DNA from: Balanoglossus misakiensis
Taxonomy: Eukaryota > Animalia > Hemichordata
Length of the DNA stretch: 64,000 nucleotides
NCBI GenBank assembly: GCA_040954595.2
Contig: CM082577.2
Span: forward strand, 11,013,677-11,077,676
Direction of reading: 5' to 3'
The notes below the pieces were generated by a model. The model did not search any database. It saw only the letters and a program-made list of their open reading frames with translations, and was not told the DNA's origin. Positions 17,620 through 38,713 of the stretch are shown in pieces (position 1 is the stretch's first letter; the number at the start of each line of letters is the position of its first letter). The position numbers and the translations under genes are program-made.

Positions 17620-20088
17620 TCAAGGTGAGGCATGTTCACCCTGAAAGATTACAAGCAGAAGATGTTATTTTGATAGTTTTCACGTCACTTATTAATCTTC
17701 AGGTTGTAGAGATAGTATGCAGCGCCCTCATTTACAATTACCAAAAAATGATTAAAGGGGAGATGTCATCGTCAATCATCACAGTGCTATGATCAAAACA
17801 ACGCATTTAACTGCCTTGGAAGTAAACCATAGTATTGCAATTTGGGTGACTTACTTGCCGTTTGATGATGCAAAGAATATTTGCCCACAGGAACGAGACG
17901 GATCCAATGTACACAACTCGCATCGTTGGCGGGATAATTTTGAAGTTGATCACCTGTGAAATGTGCCAAAAACCCAATAGACTCAGCTCTCGCCATATTT
18001 GACATTGTAGCTGGGAAACGAGCGGTAGCCATCTTTTTAGATTGCTCGCTATTGAATGAAATTCTTTATGTACAAAAGTGTCGTTCGCTAGACCAGTGCC
18101 ATTTATTGCCTTTTGAACTGTACACACCACGTTTGATTCAAAATTTAATATTTTCTATGGTAAATTTGGACCTTTACAGGGGAAACGGCTTAGGCGAAAA
18201 CGGTTAAAGGGTTAAACTAGAAATTGACTCTATAAACACTTTAACGAACTGGCAGACGATTTGAAAATCACACGAAATCTTTAGGCTGAATCATCATAAC
18301 TGTTTTTTTTATTCATGTGAGAGACTAGTTTCACCGCGAGCGCTGATGCATGGCTGCTTCGAAAATCAAACGTAGATTAGCATCATACATAACGATTAAT
18401 ATTGAAAAAATACAAATGGTCGAACGGGAAAGCGCATAGGTGGTAGGGTGATAGGGGCCAAACCACAGAAAGAAAAAGGAAAAGCCGAAAATAACAAATA
18501 CCATGACATACCTGTGCAGGTACCCAGAATGCAATGCTCGCCAGGTATGTCGGCAGACTTTTCTGTTTGGCTTCGGCAAATAGGTTGGACTTCCTTTCCA
18601 TCGCAGACATCACTGCAAATATCATTTTCCAATACTTTTAAGGTGATAACTGTACATCTTGAATGTTCTCTTTTGTGACTTTATGTGATCCTGAATTGCA
18701 TCAGTAGGTGATTTGCGTGTTCTCATCAGATAGCTCTTTTGAAACACTACTACACGTTCACACCACTAGTGATGACAGGTGTAAATGACATCAGTGCAGT
18801 TTGCTGCTAAAGTTTTCTCTCAGACATTCAAATGATTTTTGTTTATCTCAATGACATGTAATATCGAACAATTTAATACTAGAAAGTTACACTTGTAATT
18901 AAACCGACATTAGCAAACACAAAATGGATGAAGATTTCGATTTGCAATTTGTAATGAAATGTAATGTAATGTTTCTGAGCAACCGGATAATAATAAACGT
19001 GACGTCGACGGTGTCTTAACTAACATTTGCCACACGTGCACCCTAAACTTATTATTACGGGTTTGGGTTTTATAAATTATGAACATGATTTAGGGCCAGG
19101 CTTAATAGTAAATGTTTAAAAAATCGCAGTCACGGTAAAAAAAATCATATCCTCGGATGAGCGAGAGAAAAGAATCCCCGGTACAAATACTAATTCCCTT
19201 TATTTCTGTATGATTAATTTGAAGCAGGTAGAAAGATATTTACTTCGATCCCGTATTCTAAATTTGGTAGCGAGATATTTACTTCGATCTCGTATTCTAA
19301 ATTTGGAATAAGGCATAACGTATAAGTTAAATTTAGCTATATGATAGGGATACAACATCTAGAAAACTCGGCAGATCTAGAGTACAATGTACGACGCATC
19401 ACTTTCGATTCAAAAATGGCATAATTATGACTTTCTCCTCAAATACAACAAATACTGCTCGGTTTCACACGCCTAATTTGCATGCAGGCAAAAACAGTTT
19501 CCATGCCTGCTCAAGCTGAAATTGATGTCTGACTTTCTGTGTGCACCTCGACACGTTTTTACATTCTGAGTAACACTTCTAGGGATTACTGAAATGCTTG
19601 CTATGTCCCGTACCTTACATTATTTATGTCTGCCGTTCAGTACAATAGCATTTTGCTTGATCCAGATTGATATGAATATCTGTTTACATTATGTATGAGG
19701 CCAGTTTCGTGACCCCGCGCATGATGACGTCACGCCTGTGTATAAATTGGAATGGGGGTATGAGAAGTAAAATATACCATGACGTACCCGTGAAGAAGCC
19801 AATTATGCAGATAGGAGTTATAAGAATTTGGTCCAGGCACAATTTGATAGCGACAGTTCTGGCGGCGGCGCCGGGTAGACGGCCATCCAACAACTTGTAC
19901 CAGCCGTACATGAAGGGGCCGTTGAAACACAGCCCCCAGATCCCAAACCTCTCGATTTTGCCCACGTCATATCCTTCACCGATGACCGCCTGTTGGATGG
20001 ACTCGGAGACCATGTAGGCTGTACCGAGAAAGGCGGCGTTTCTCACCAGGGGACTGCCCCCGATCCGCCGAAGCAAATTCGATATCAT
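17620..20088 (-). CDS. MPV17L: Mpv17-like protein (Mpv17/PMP22 family), 4 exons, 173 aa
   Basis: Exons 20088-19788, 18612-18512, 17953-17855 and 17640-17620 are GT-AG and total 522 nt open to TGA. Family motifs: GPFMYGWYKLLD..LPG, KLCLDQ..P, PTYLASIAFWVPAQVINF..IPP..RVVY...VSFLWANILC. Confidence 0.88.
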
Positions 20089-20506
20089 ATCTGACGTTTA
20101 GGTCAGCCAGGTGGCATACTAATAATAGCCGAGTACTACAACGCAATGGGTCTCCGTCACACTGGCGAGAAGAATCGCCAACCGCAAACTGTCTCACCGA
20201 GGTTTGTATGGAAGGGGATGTACGCAGACCTATTCCATCGTCAGTGGTCGCAGACAGAACTCGCCCCGTACCCGATCACACTACGATACACTTCGAATGC
20301 GCCTATAGCCTGCGTGGCGTTTGACATTTAAATACAGTCGTTATCATTTCAGTTCAGTAGACACAACCTTTGGACATGAACAGTTTATGTAAGCATATCT
20401 TAAGTTATCCATCACCCGATCTTAACAACTGACAAGAGTTGCATCACGTGCGCGCGGTCAATTTGGATTTCTTCATAGTTGTTTTTCACGTGCTTATATG
20501 TTGTTG

Positions 20507-20527
20507 TTATTGTTGTTGTTGTTGTGG

Positions 20528-20578
<51 letters not shown>

Positions 20579-20580
20579 GT
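20507..20580. repeat. (TTG)n/(GAT)n microsatellite
   Basis: Directly visible. Confidence 0.9.
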
Positions 20581-23089
20581 TGCTATTGAAATGTGAAATT
20601 GTTGTTTCGATATAAGGAAGACATGGTTTAGAGTCAAGATCTGAGGAGTCGTGGCCGTATGGCTTTTCAAGATGGCTGTATAAATTAAATCTCCAGTAAC
20701 TCAAACTTTGGGATATTTTCTCAGTGTTTTTGTCTTGGGTATCAGTGACAAAACACATGTACAAACTTCATCCGTTACAAACCTTGAAAAAACAACATGA
20801 CACACAGGCACCAATTACTATACATGTGTAAAGTCGACGATTTTTTCCAGATATGAAAAATGACAACTAAGGCACAGGTCATCGATTTGATGAGTCATCA
20901 TCAACTATCGACGGCGGTGGCGAGATTTGACGACGACGGGTATAGGACTTTGTGGTAAAACATAAAAAGTCACTAGAATTGTTCAATTCACGGGCGTGAC
21001 AGTTATGTGTTATTTTACCAACAGTATATACAACAAAATTTAAGTTTTTTGAGAGTTCCACATACTCATTACTGTCATTCGGATAACACGACGTGCATAT
21101 AATCGTTCTCACTTTTGGTAAATGCCGATGTAAAATAATTCACTGTGCGACCTATTTAGGAGTAAACATGTTTTGTTCGCGGATAGACATAATTATACGC
21201 AGAAATAAGATTACAGTTCCTGGTCATTGACATACAGCTCGGCGGTGATATGAGCAGCGCCACCAACCGGCAAATGGCCATGCCCTTGTTACATTTTCTA
21301 CCCCGTGTTTGCCTCTTTCTCAAACTTGACCCATATGGTCATGGCGCGCCTCCTTTGCTAAACGGTTGAGGGCGCGTCAGTGTACAATATGTACAGAGCC
21401 TAATGTAGCGAACCGTAGGCTGTGAGAGAGAGAGTCTAGGGCGTTATGCTGGATTCTCCACCTCACATCAGACACTCTGCCCACCTACTGCTGAAGGTGC
21501 AGACAAACTCCTAATAAAAACGGGCCCATACCGCGACCCAACTTGTGTCGGAACATTTGAACGGCAACAGAAGTAAAGTGACCGTAATTCAATAAAACAA
21601 CTATACCAGCTTGAACTCTGATTATTTCTGGTTCCCAAAAATTCTTCCGAGAAAACAATATCTAGTTCTTTCAGCCGATTTTCCGAGGAGCACTTAAGAT
21701 ATCCGCTCTAGAAACGACTGCCATAGAAAGAGAGTCGAAGTTCGCTGCCGGAATGAAAATATGAATTATTTCTTGAAAAATACGTACTAAACTAACAAGA
21801 GATTTGGTTCGGGAATGGAGGCGGGGAACGAAGGAATGGATTGTAAATACTGCTCCTACCTTGAACAATTTTCAGATTAACCCGCATTTCAACTTATTTA
21901 ACTATAAATGGAATGTGGACGGAATTGGTGTCATAATACACAGCGCCCTCATTAGATAGAGCAACGATAATATTGGTCACGTTTATGCATGATAGTGCCA
22001 CCTACGTTGATTTATGCCTACTTTTTTCTTTTACTGTGGGAGACCCAGCTTGAGCAATCTTCCGTGCGATCCCGCTGACGTTGTTTTTTTTTATTCAATA
22101 CTTTATAAACTCATCTGGTTCAAATATTGAGTCAACGTCGACGAAGGATTTGAAAAAAAAAATATTGGCCCGACCTTGTCTACTCAGTAAGTTTAAGTGA
22201 ATTTTGAAAGAATAGGTTATTGGGGCAACCTGTTGTTGGTGAACAATTAAGAGCTTGCATCGCCCATCGCCTGATGCAAGAACGACCTCCATGGCTGATC
22301 CACCCGCTGGCTGTATGTTCTAGTAGCTGACAGTAAATCATTGATCCTGGAGCCCTTTCTGGTGATTTCCGAATTTAGGAACCTATCATATTTTCGTTAA
22401 TTCTGGAGAAATGTTCTTGCAAGTGAAAGTGAAATGACGTCATCTCCATGGCCCCTTTTCTGGCTTAATTTGCCAACGGTCTTACATCATTGTCGCAAAT
22501 CTTGATTTTATTTGACAGCTTCGACATCACGGACTGAGTGTCCAAGTTCGTGTTAGCTCTTGCTCGGCATGTACAAGACCGAGTCTGACTCGGACTTCAA
22601 ACTCCGACTTAGTGTTGTTTGTATTCGTAGAATGCATATCGAGTTATCCCTTCACCTTGGCCGTGACACCCTTGCACACATCGCCGGGAACAACGCGCAT
22701 AACGTCATCTTACAAGGCGATGCGTTACTCCAGCATGTACCTATAGCATTTACAGCGACCGAATATTTTCAGTGTTCTCGGTGTTGTAAATGAACACATG
22801 TGGCTGGCACTCCAACTGCCGCTGAACAAGCCCGATACTAGCCCTGCGTACATGTATGTGTGTTCGCGGCGTTCGTTGTGGGGGCCGTGTAACGACGCGA
22901 ACACACATACATGTACATGTACGCTGGGTTAGCCCTATACCAGCTGTGTATCATTGGCATTAAAATTAAACATGCATTTACTAAAATTATTTTTAATTGC
23001 CTCAATAATACCAAGAAATACATTGTCCTCTCCATTTGTCATAAAAATAACTACGTGAAACAAAACACATCAATCATGTCAAAATACGA

Positions 23090-23780
23090 TGATATCACGC
23101 CTTATTTACATTCCGCTAATATTAGGGTCAACGTCCAGGGTTTACAGGCCTACAGTTTTGTGATAATATTTAGTAGCGTAAAGAGCGGAGCTACAAATGT
23201 GTTTATCAAAGTCCAGCCGTTGCCACCGAGACTAACCCACTAAACTCACTCGGACGGGTATATATGGACATAGGATCTGAAGTAAGTGTTTGTTTTAATT
23301 TCCTAAATCGTGACAAATCATATTAAACCTAATCAAAATTGTGACTGTGTGTGCATGAGAATGTCCACGGGGTTGAAAGGATAAAACCACTCGACGTACA
23401 CAATATGGCGAGAAGTAAAGGTATAGTTTCAGTGTTATATTAAGCCAGCATTTCCGTCAGGTCAAAATGACGTAGTGTTTATAAATTGCGCTATGACTAT
23501 ACACTCATGGAAATTAGCTCATGTAGAAATTTCAATTATATTTGTAAGAGGTCAAATAATACCAAAATACATGTGATATCACGCCATATTTATATTCCGC
23601 TAGTGTTCAGGCCAATGTCAAAGGTTACAGGCCTAGAGCTTTGTCATATTATTCATAGCGTTAATAGCGAAGCCACAAGTGCGTGTATTTTTTACCGAAG
23701 TCCAGCCGTCGCCACTAACACACTTTTTCACTCGGATTGGCATACATGGACACAGAACTGCAGAGAATCTGAAGTAAGTT
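23090..23780 (+). promoter_or_regulatory. Two tandem candidate promoter / non-coding first-exon modules of Roco B
   Basis: Duplicated module ending atctgaa|GTAAGT (donors at 23282 and 23774). An acceptor AG at 24717-24718 lies just before the ATG. Homologous modules occur at 57540-58530. Confidence 0.45.
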
Positions 23781-24726
23781 CTTGTTTTAATTTCCTTCAT
23801 CGCGACAAATCTAATCAAATATTTTTACTGTAATCAGAATGCTCAACAGAGTTGGATAAAACTACTCATACAAAATATGATGAGAAGTAAACATAAGTCA
23901 AGGTGGAAATTTCAATTGTAAGAGGTCAATTTTCCCGCTACGTCGTATAAATAGTAAACTGACAGTTCACGATTTGGGTGTGAAACACCACCATGTCGGT
24001 CATTACGCGTAGTGTGTGTGGACGTCAAAGAATTTAGTATTTGCATTTACTACAATTAGTCCAAACTACTACCCCTAGTTCAATGTCACTAAGGGTGACA
24101 TTGAGCTAGGGGTCCCTCAGTGCGTGATTATTCTAAAATGCAACAACTCTGGTGGTGGGAGGGGAGGGTGGGTCAAATTTATGATAAAAATAATTTATAA
24201 ACACTCCCGAATGTACGAAGTTTATCTGGAATTTTGTTAATCCATAATGTCTCTTGAACTGTCATTTATAATTCTGTTGATGCGTTGTGTGAATAGTTTG
24301 GCAGTAACTCTTGACCACATTGTGATTGACGTTGGATTCGACCACTCGCACGAAAGACCTTTGGATACACGGTAGGTGGACTTTTTTAAATCTACAATGT
24401 GAAAACTCGGTTCTTTATCCAGCAGCTGGATTGGGTTAAAATAAGTAAACGTCCTCTGTGTGTCTAACTTTTCCTGGGTCTTTTGATTATTGGAAACAGC
24501 ATGTTTCAACGTAATGCAATGTTGTTCAGTAAACATAAAACAGTGATTAAAACTACCGGAAGTATAATTCCCATTGTTTAAATCTCTACAATAACTTCAA
24601 ACCAAACTTAAGCTGTATGTAACAATTTTAAAATGAGCATCGTCAAGAGCCGATAGAGACGCCTGAACCAGTAACATTTAAAAAACTGTCCATAGCCTTT
24701 GTATCTCTTAAACATAAGATATAACC

Positions 24727-25737
24727 ATGGCGTCACGTATACCAGACGGGACAAGGAGAGCTTGGAATGCTCTGAAGGAAAAACTCCATCGAGAAATAAC
24801 ACCAGGTATGCACATACTATTCCACAATGGCATGTCTTCTACTTAAAGGCACATGCTTTTAATTATGTCTATTAAATGATTTTCCATGATGGTATAAAGA
24901 TCAGCACTTATTTATGACAAAATGGCCAAGAATTAAAGAAAAATTCTGCAATTTAAAAAAAAGACAATATTGCAATGAAAAATGAAAAATGTAATGTCTC
25001 AGCGGAGTACATTTACTTCCATGAGTTCTAGTTGATGAGATCATGTTTTGCCTATGAAGTTTCATAGTCGGAAATGCAACGTTTTCATTGTTTCTTGCAT
25101 TTTCCCACGGTGGCGGCCATATTCGCTTGCGGCAAAGCTTTATTACTTATCTGGTTAAAACTTGCATATGCACCAATATTTAGGGTTTATGGTACTTGTA
25201 TATAATTCAGTGCCTACATCTGCATGGACTAGTGCCAGTACAGTTTGAAAAAAATTATGATAGTTATACAAAAAGTTACAGCTTATGTGCGTTTAAGATA
25301 ATTAACAGAAAACATGTAGGTAGAGCAACAGGAAATATTGAACGACTGTAAACGTTCAAACCTAGATAAAAATGCCATGATAAGTTTCCTTATGATGAAT
25401 AATTTTATTATGAGAAAATTATTCGCATATTCACCAACGGTAGATCAATAATAATAATCAGCTGTATTTTAATGTCTGAAGAAATGGCACGAGGTATAAC
25501 GAAAGATTTGATGTGTTTTGTCGTGTTGTATAATAGATGAACTGTCGAGATTGAAGACAGAGATAAGACAAAAACATCATGAACTCGGAGATCTAAAGCA
25601 CATCGCCACAACCGGCAGTCTATTGCAAACTTTAGAGGAAAGGGACGTTGTGAGGTGGAATAAGACGTATCCGTTGTTTGCTGTTCTTGAAAACATCGGA
25701 AGGACTGATTTAGCTCTCGCTGTGCAGCAATACACAG
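24727..25737 (+). CDS. N-terminal DED of Roco B (exons 24727-24805 and 25537-25737)
   Basis: ccATGG start. MASRIPDGTRRAWNALKEKLHREITP/DELSRLK..SLLQTLEERDVV..LFAVLENIGRTDLALAVQQY has the DED RxDL motif. The phase-1 junction is compatible. Confidence 0.82.
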
Positions 25738-25987
25738 GTATTATGATGATAAAGTGCATTCCCGAAAATGTATTCACAGCGATATCGACACAGTACAGTA
25801 TGGTATAATGCATTACGCCGCTGTATAAATCTAGTTTGGAACATAATTAGTTGTTATTTATTGCTGAGATGACTCAATGATTTATTTGACAGACATACAT
25901 GTATGTTTGTAAAGAAATGCCACTGCGTTCGCAATTTCCTTTTATAAATTGTAATCTCTCTCTCTCTCCTTCCCTCCCTCCCTCCAG

Positions 25988-25992
25988 TATCG
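25988..25992 (+). CDS. 5-nt microexon TATCG (phase 1 to phase 0), Roco B
   Basis: (CT)n/ccct tract, then cag|TATCG|gtaagc. Conserved in copy C. It supplies the phase change needed to join the DED exon to the Roc exon. Confidence 0.75.
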
Positions 25993-26859
25993 GTAAGCAT
26001 GCTTTTAGTTTTATTGATATTACATATTTACACTTCTTTCTGCATTAATTAAACGGAAATATTGCCTTTGCTCAATTTTAACTTCGCAACAAACAAACTA
26101 TAGTCTTTACCCCCAAGATCTCCTGGAAACAGTCAAACGAAGTATATACAGAGTGGAACAAAAACGGAAGTCAAGAATACAGGCGACGTAGCAAATCTTC
26201 AAGAATGAGTTATGCAATGTGATCCTTAAAAGTGGCGCACTGCATCTACAGAGCAAATTCAACAATATAACGGTTTAATTAATCAAAAACATCTTTATTA
26301 CACCTTGCGTATTATGTCGTTCTCGTGAGTATCTGTGATGCTCTCACGTAGTATACAAAAGCGTGATATAACATCACAAGAACTGATACAGCCCTCTCGC
26401 GTGCGGTGATATTTAACAACTGAGTCCGGGCCTAGTTATTGCCACCGTAAAAACAACTTTATCAATTGTAACAATGAATACGGCAAAGAAAACCCAATAG
26501 GAAACAATAATCAACAATTATTACTAATAATACTACAATCCTGGTTTCTTATCAACCCACCCTCTGAAGGTATCTTGTTAGCAAGTAAATCAGCAATGAA
26601 TCTTTTTAACTACATCACTGCAACGGCAAAGATGTCCATTCACATCGCTCGTCGTAACACTTTGCAATGTTGGACTCCTATTAATCTGTAAACCGTGAAA
26701 TTGTTAAGACCCGCCTGGACATAATCTGTTTGCGGGGGGATTAAAAACGTAGTGTACAACACCATTAATGATCAACTTCATCTAAACTTTTGACTTCCTT
26801 GTATATTCTATGTGTCATTTAGGCCTAACTACTTGGGTGTAATTTGGGGCGCCCTCTAT

Positions 26860-28350
26860 ATATGTAGTGTGCTTTCCCGCCTTCTGGAGTGAATTTGCTA
26901 CATTTGTAGTGCTTCCGCCATCTTGCAGCGTTTCTCGAGCAGTCGCTCGCTCAAAACTCATCGTAATCCAGTTCTTTCGTCGTTACATCGGCAACAATAT
27001 GTCCGATCACTCAGATACAGAAATCTCGCCGCAGTCCGAAAGGCGAACTCTTAACTGCTCCGCCTGCAAACAACCAGTAAAAGGGCATCGTGCTCTTGGC
27101 TTACAACCCGGCCCTAACTGCACAGGCGTGCCTACCAGTACTTCACTTCAGGCGCAGATGGAGGTTCTGCCATGATTCTCACTCCCCCCCCCCCCCACCC
27201 CCGCCGTTGTCGACTAATCCGAGTTCGAAGACCTGAAAGCCAGACAGGCCGAACTGCTAAAGAAAAAGCAACTACTGCTGCAGAAACGAAAACGGCGTGT
27301 ATTACAAAGCGCCGGGATGTATTCGTAGTTAGGACTCATTTCAGGTTCGTTCATCATGGCTTGATCTTCATCATCAAACAACAGTTTTGCACGCTTCTGT
27401 ATTTGCCACAGGGACAGTTCAAATTTCAAAAGTCAGTGGGAGGCTTTCGTTTTGTTTTGCCACTCCTTCGGCTTCAATCCAACACCGGCATCACCGCCTG
27501 TTTTATTTTCATGTTTATTACCTTTTTATCTCGTTCAGTCAGTCCAGTACACTCGCTGGAAAATTTTCTGCACGATGTTTCTCAGTGACATTCGTATTTG
27601 GACATTGAATTCCTGCTCTTAAGAGTTTCCACGTCAAACAGACATGACGAGGTCTCCAGCGACTGTAAATCATTTGCTTATTTGCAGTACATGTCAGCCC
27701 ACAAAAGTGCTGCTCCGTCACCACACTTCTGCAAGAGCATTTGCGTTCCCACTACAATCAGTCTTTGTCTTGAAGCTTTCACATTTTTTATCTGACGTGT
27801 TACTGTAGGTATCTGTCTTGCAAGTTACTAGACAGTTTTGTATTTTACGGGCTAATGGGAACTCCCTGAATGCTTCCCCCTCTGGTTTGGCGGCTTGGGA
27901 CTAGTTTTGTCAAACTTCTTGCGTATTAAAGACTTTGCCAAGTTTCCGCCAACCCTTGAGTGTGTCGCATTCTGTTCCTTCCCATTAGCCCGCTAGCTTT
28001 CAAACATTTCTACAGTTTGAGTATTTCATGTATTTGCATACGCCAGCAATTAACCCACTACACATGTGTTTTCCTGTACAATTGCCACATAAGTGGAGTT
28101 CCAGAGAGGCAGCCACTAATTCCAATGTTTCGTTGTCATGAGAACAATTGAGATAATGTGATACAGTAGATAATTTTACGAGGCGCACATTTATTTTGTA
28201 TGCTCACTTTTAAGCATTTACATGTCTCCTGCTATGTAATGTTATTTCTCCTAGCATTTGTAACAATGAATTTTAGGCTTTAGCTGTCTGTGTACAAGTA
28301 TATACGGATATCGTGAATAAATGGTCTTCTCGAAAACTACTACTACAACA
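26860..28350 (+). mobile_element. Degenerate YR-retroelement relic, copy 2
   Basis: Paralogous to 230-1925, with an additional ~200 bp deletion near 27310. Confidence 0.55.
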
Positions 28351-28694
28351 GTCTATACCGGCTGTGTATAAATTTACATCATTTCGTATCGATCGGGTAT
28401 CATCAATATTATAGTCAGAGATCACCCGAGATCCCTTGTGCCGGCTTTAAATTGTGATGTTGCCTTCGATAACATGTGTTATTATTCAAATAAAACATAC
28501 CAAGGGGCAATAATAATGAGCAATAGTAAAACATTAACTTCTTAAACTATCAAGAATACAGTCACATCGATAGGCAATGACGTTAATGGGACTGCATGTT
28601 CCCGAAAGCTTATGCTGAAATTTAACTGTTGATCAAAGAGTGCTACAGAACTTTATTGCATATTGTACCGAAGATTAACACGGCAATACTCCGA

Positions 28695-37560
<8,866 letters not shown>

Positions 37561-37830
37561 CTAACGTAGCATTTTGCCTTACACTTTTAAACGATATCTT
37601 ATAATCACAATCATGAATATTAATATGCATAAAATATGAACATTTAATACAACAGAAGCAACGTATACCGTAGTTTCGCACTTTTGCTGTCTATGGTCTA
37701 AGACCCAAATTGAAATAGGCCGCTGCCAAAAATTGATCCGTGAGAGTCAGTCTCTGCTGGCTAGTTGTGGGTTCGATTAAAGGCGCCACTTGGCTTGGTT
37801 CGGTGTAAGCGATTAGTTGGAGAGATTACT

Positions 37831-38713
37831 AATAATAATAATAATAATATTTAATTCTTAAAAAACGCTTTCCATGTAAAAAGACATCCCAAACGCTGTA
37901 CATCGCTGCTTAAAAATACAAGGACAAGTAAAATGCTAAAAATGTATAATCAAAAATAGACAATGGTTAAAAATGGATAAAAAGTCATTTCCTGAATAAA
38001 AACGTTTTAAGGTTGGATTTAAGAACATTAAAATTCTCACTGCTACGGAGTGGAACCGGTAGCTTATTCCACAACCGTGGTCCTCCTGTAGAGAATGACC
38101 TGTCACCATAAAAGACTGTGTTAACTTTGGGATGATCAAGAATAAAAGAACAATCAGTTGTTGAACGAAGGTTACGGTCGGAGGAACGAACACGTATGAA
38201 CTCCTTCAGGTACGACGGAGCTTAAAACTTTGTAGGTTAAACAAAGAATTTAAAAATCAATCCGTTTCTGTATAGGAAGCCAGTGCAATCTCTTAAGTAA
38301 TGGTGTAATATGTTCTGTTTTCCTGCTTTTAGTGACTAAACGTGCAGCGGCATTCTGAATTGATTTGATAATTTGGCAGACCATAAAGAAGGCTGTTACA
38401 ATAGTCTAACCTAGAAGTTACAAAAGCATTGATTCTTGGTCTAGACAATTCCGGATTTTACTAATCCTCCACAAAGCAAAAGACGCTGATTTACACAAAC
38501 TGGAAACATGTGATGTCATGGTCATCGTAATATCAAATGTGACACCGAGGTCAATCACTGTAGGTGATGAATGGACGCTGATATCCCCGACTTGTACATC
38601 ACACTCTCGTGGTCGGTCCCTATCGCCAAACTTAGAAGAGAATCTAATAACTTCGGTCTTACTATCGTTAAGTACAAGCATGTAATCATGCATCCATTGG
38701 CGAATTTCACTTA
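37831..38713 (-). mobile_element. 5'-truncated L2/CR1-group LINE fragment
   Basis: Absent from the paralogous site at ~8095. Minus-strand RT C-terminal motifs LNDSKTEVI, DLGVTFD, LDYCNSLLYGLP, IQNAAARLV and HITP. (TTA)n 3' tail. Imperfect flanking duplication tactaataat/tactagtaat. Confidence 0.8.

Noticed and set aside
19234-19308. 39-bp direct tandem duplication in MPV17L intron 1
   Set aside because: Only two copies, consistent with an ordinary local slippage duplication, with no sign of function.
26118-26222. Possible alternative terminal exon giving a DED-only isoform (ccccaag|ATC..TGA, phase 0)
   Set aside because: The acceptor AG is not conserved in copy C (ccccaat at ~60755) and there is no other support.
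26540-26800. Possible L1/Tx1 ORF2 C-terminal relic (NLFNYITATAKMSIHIARRN)
   Set aside because: The resemblance is short and interrupted by stops; it cannot be supported without a profile search.
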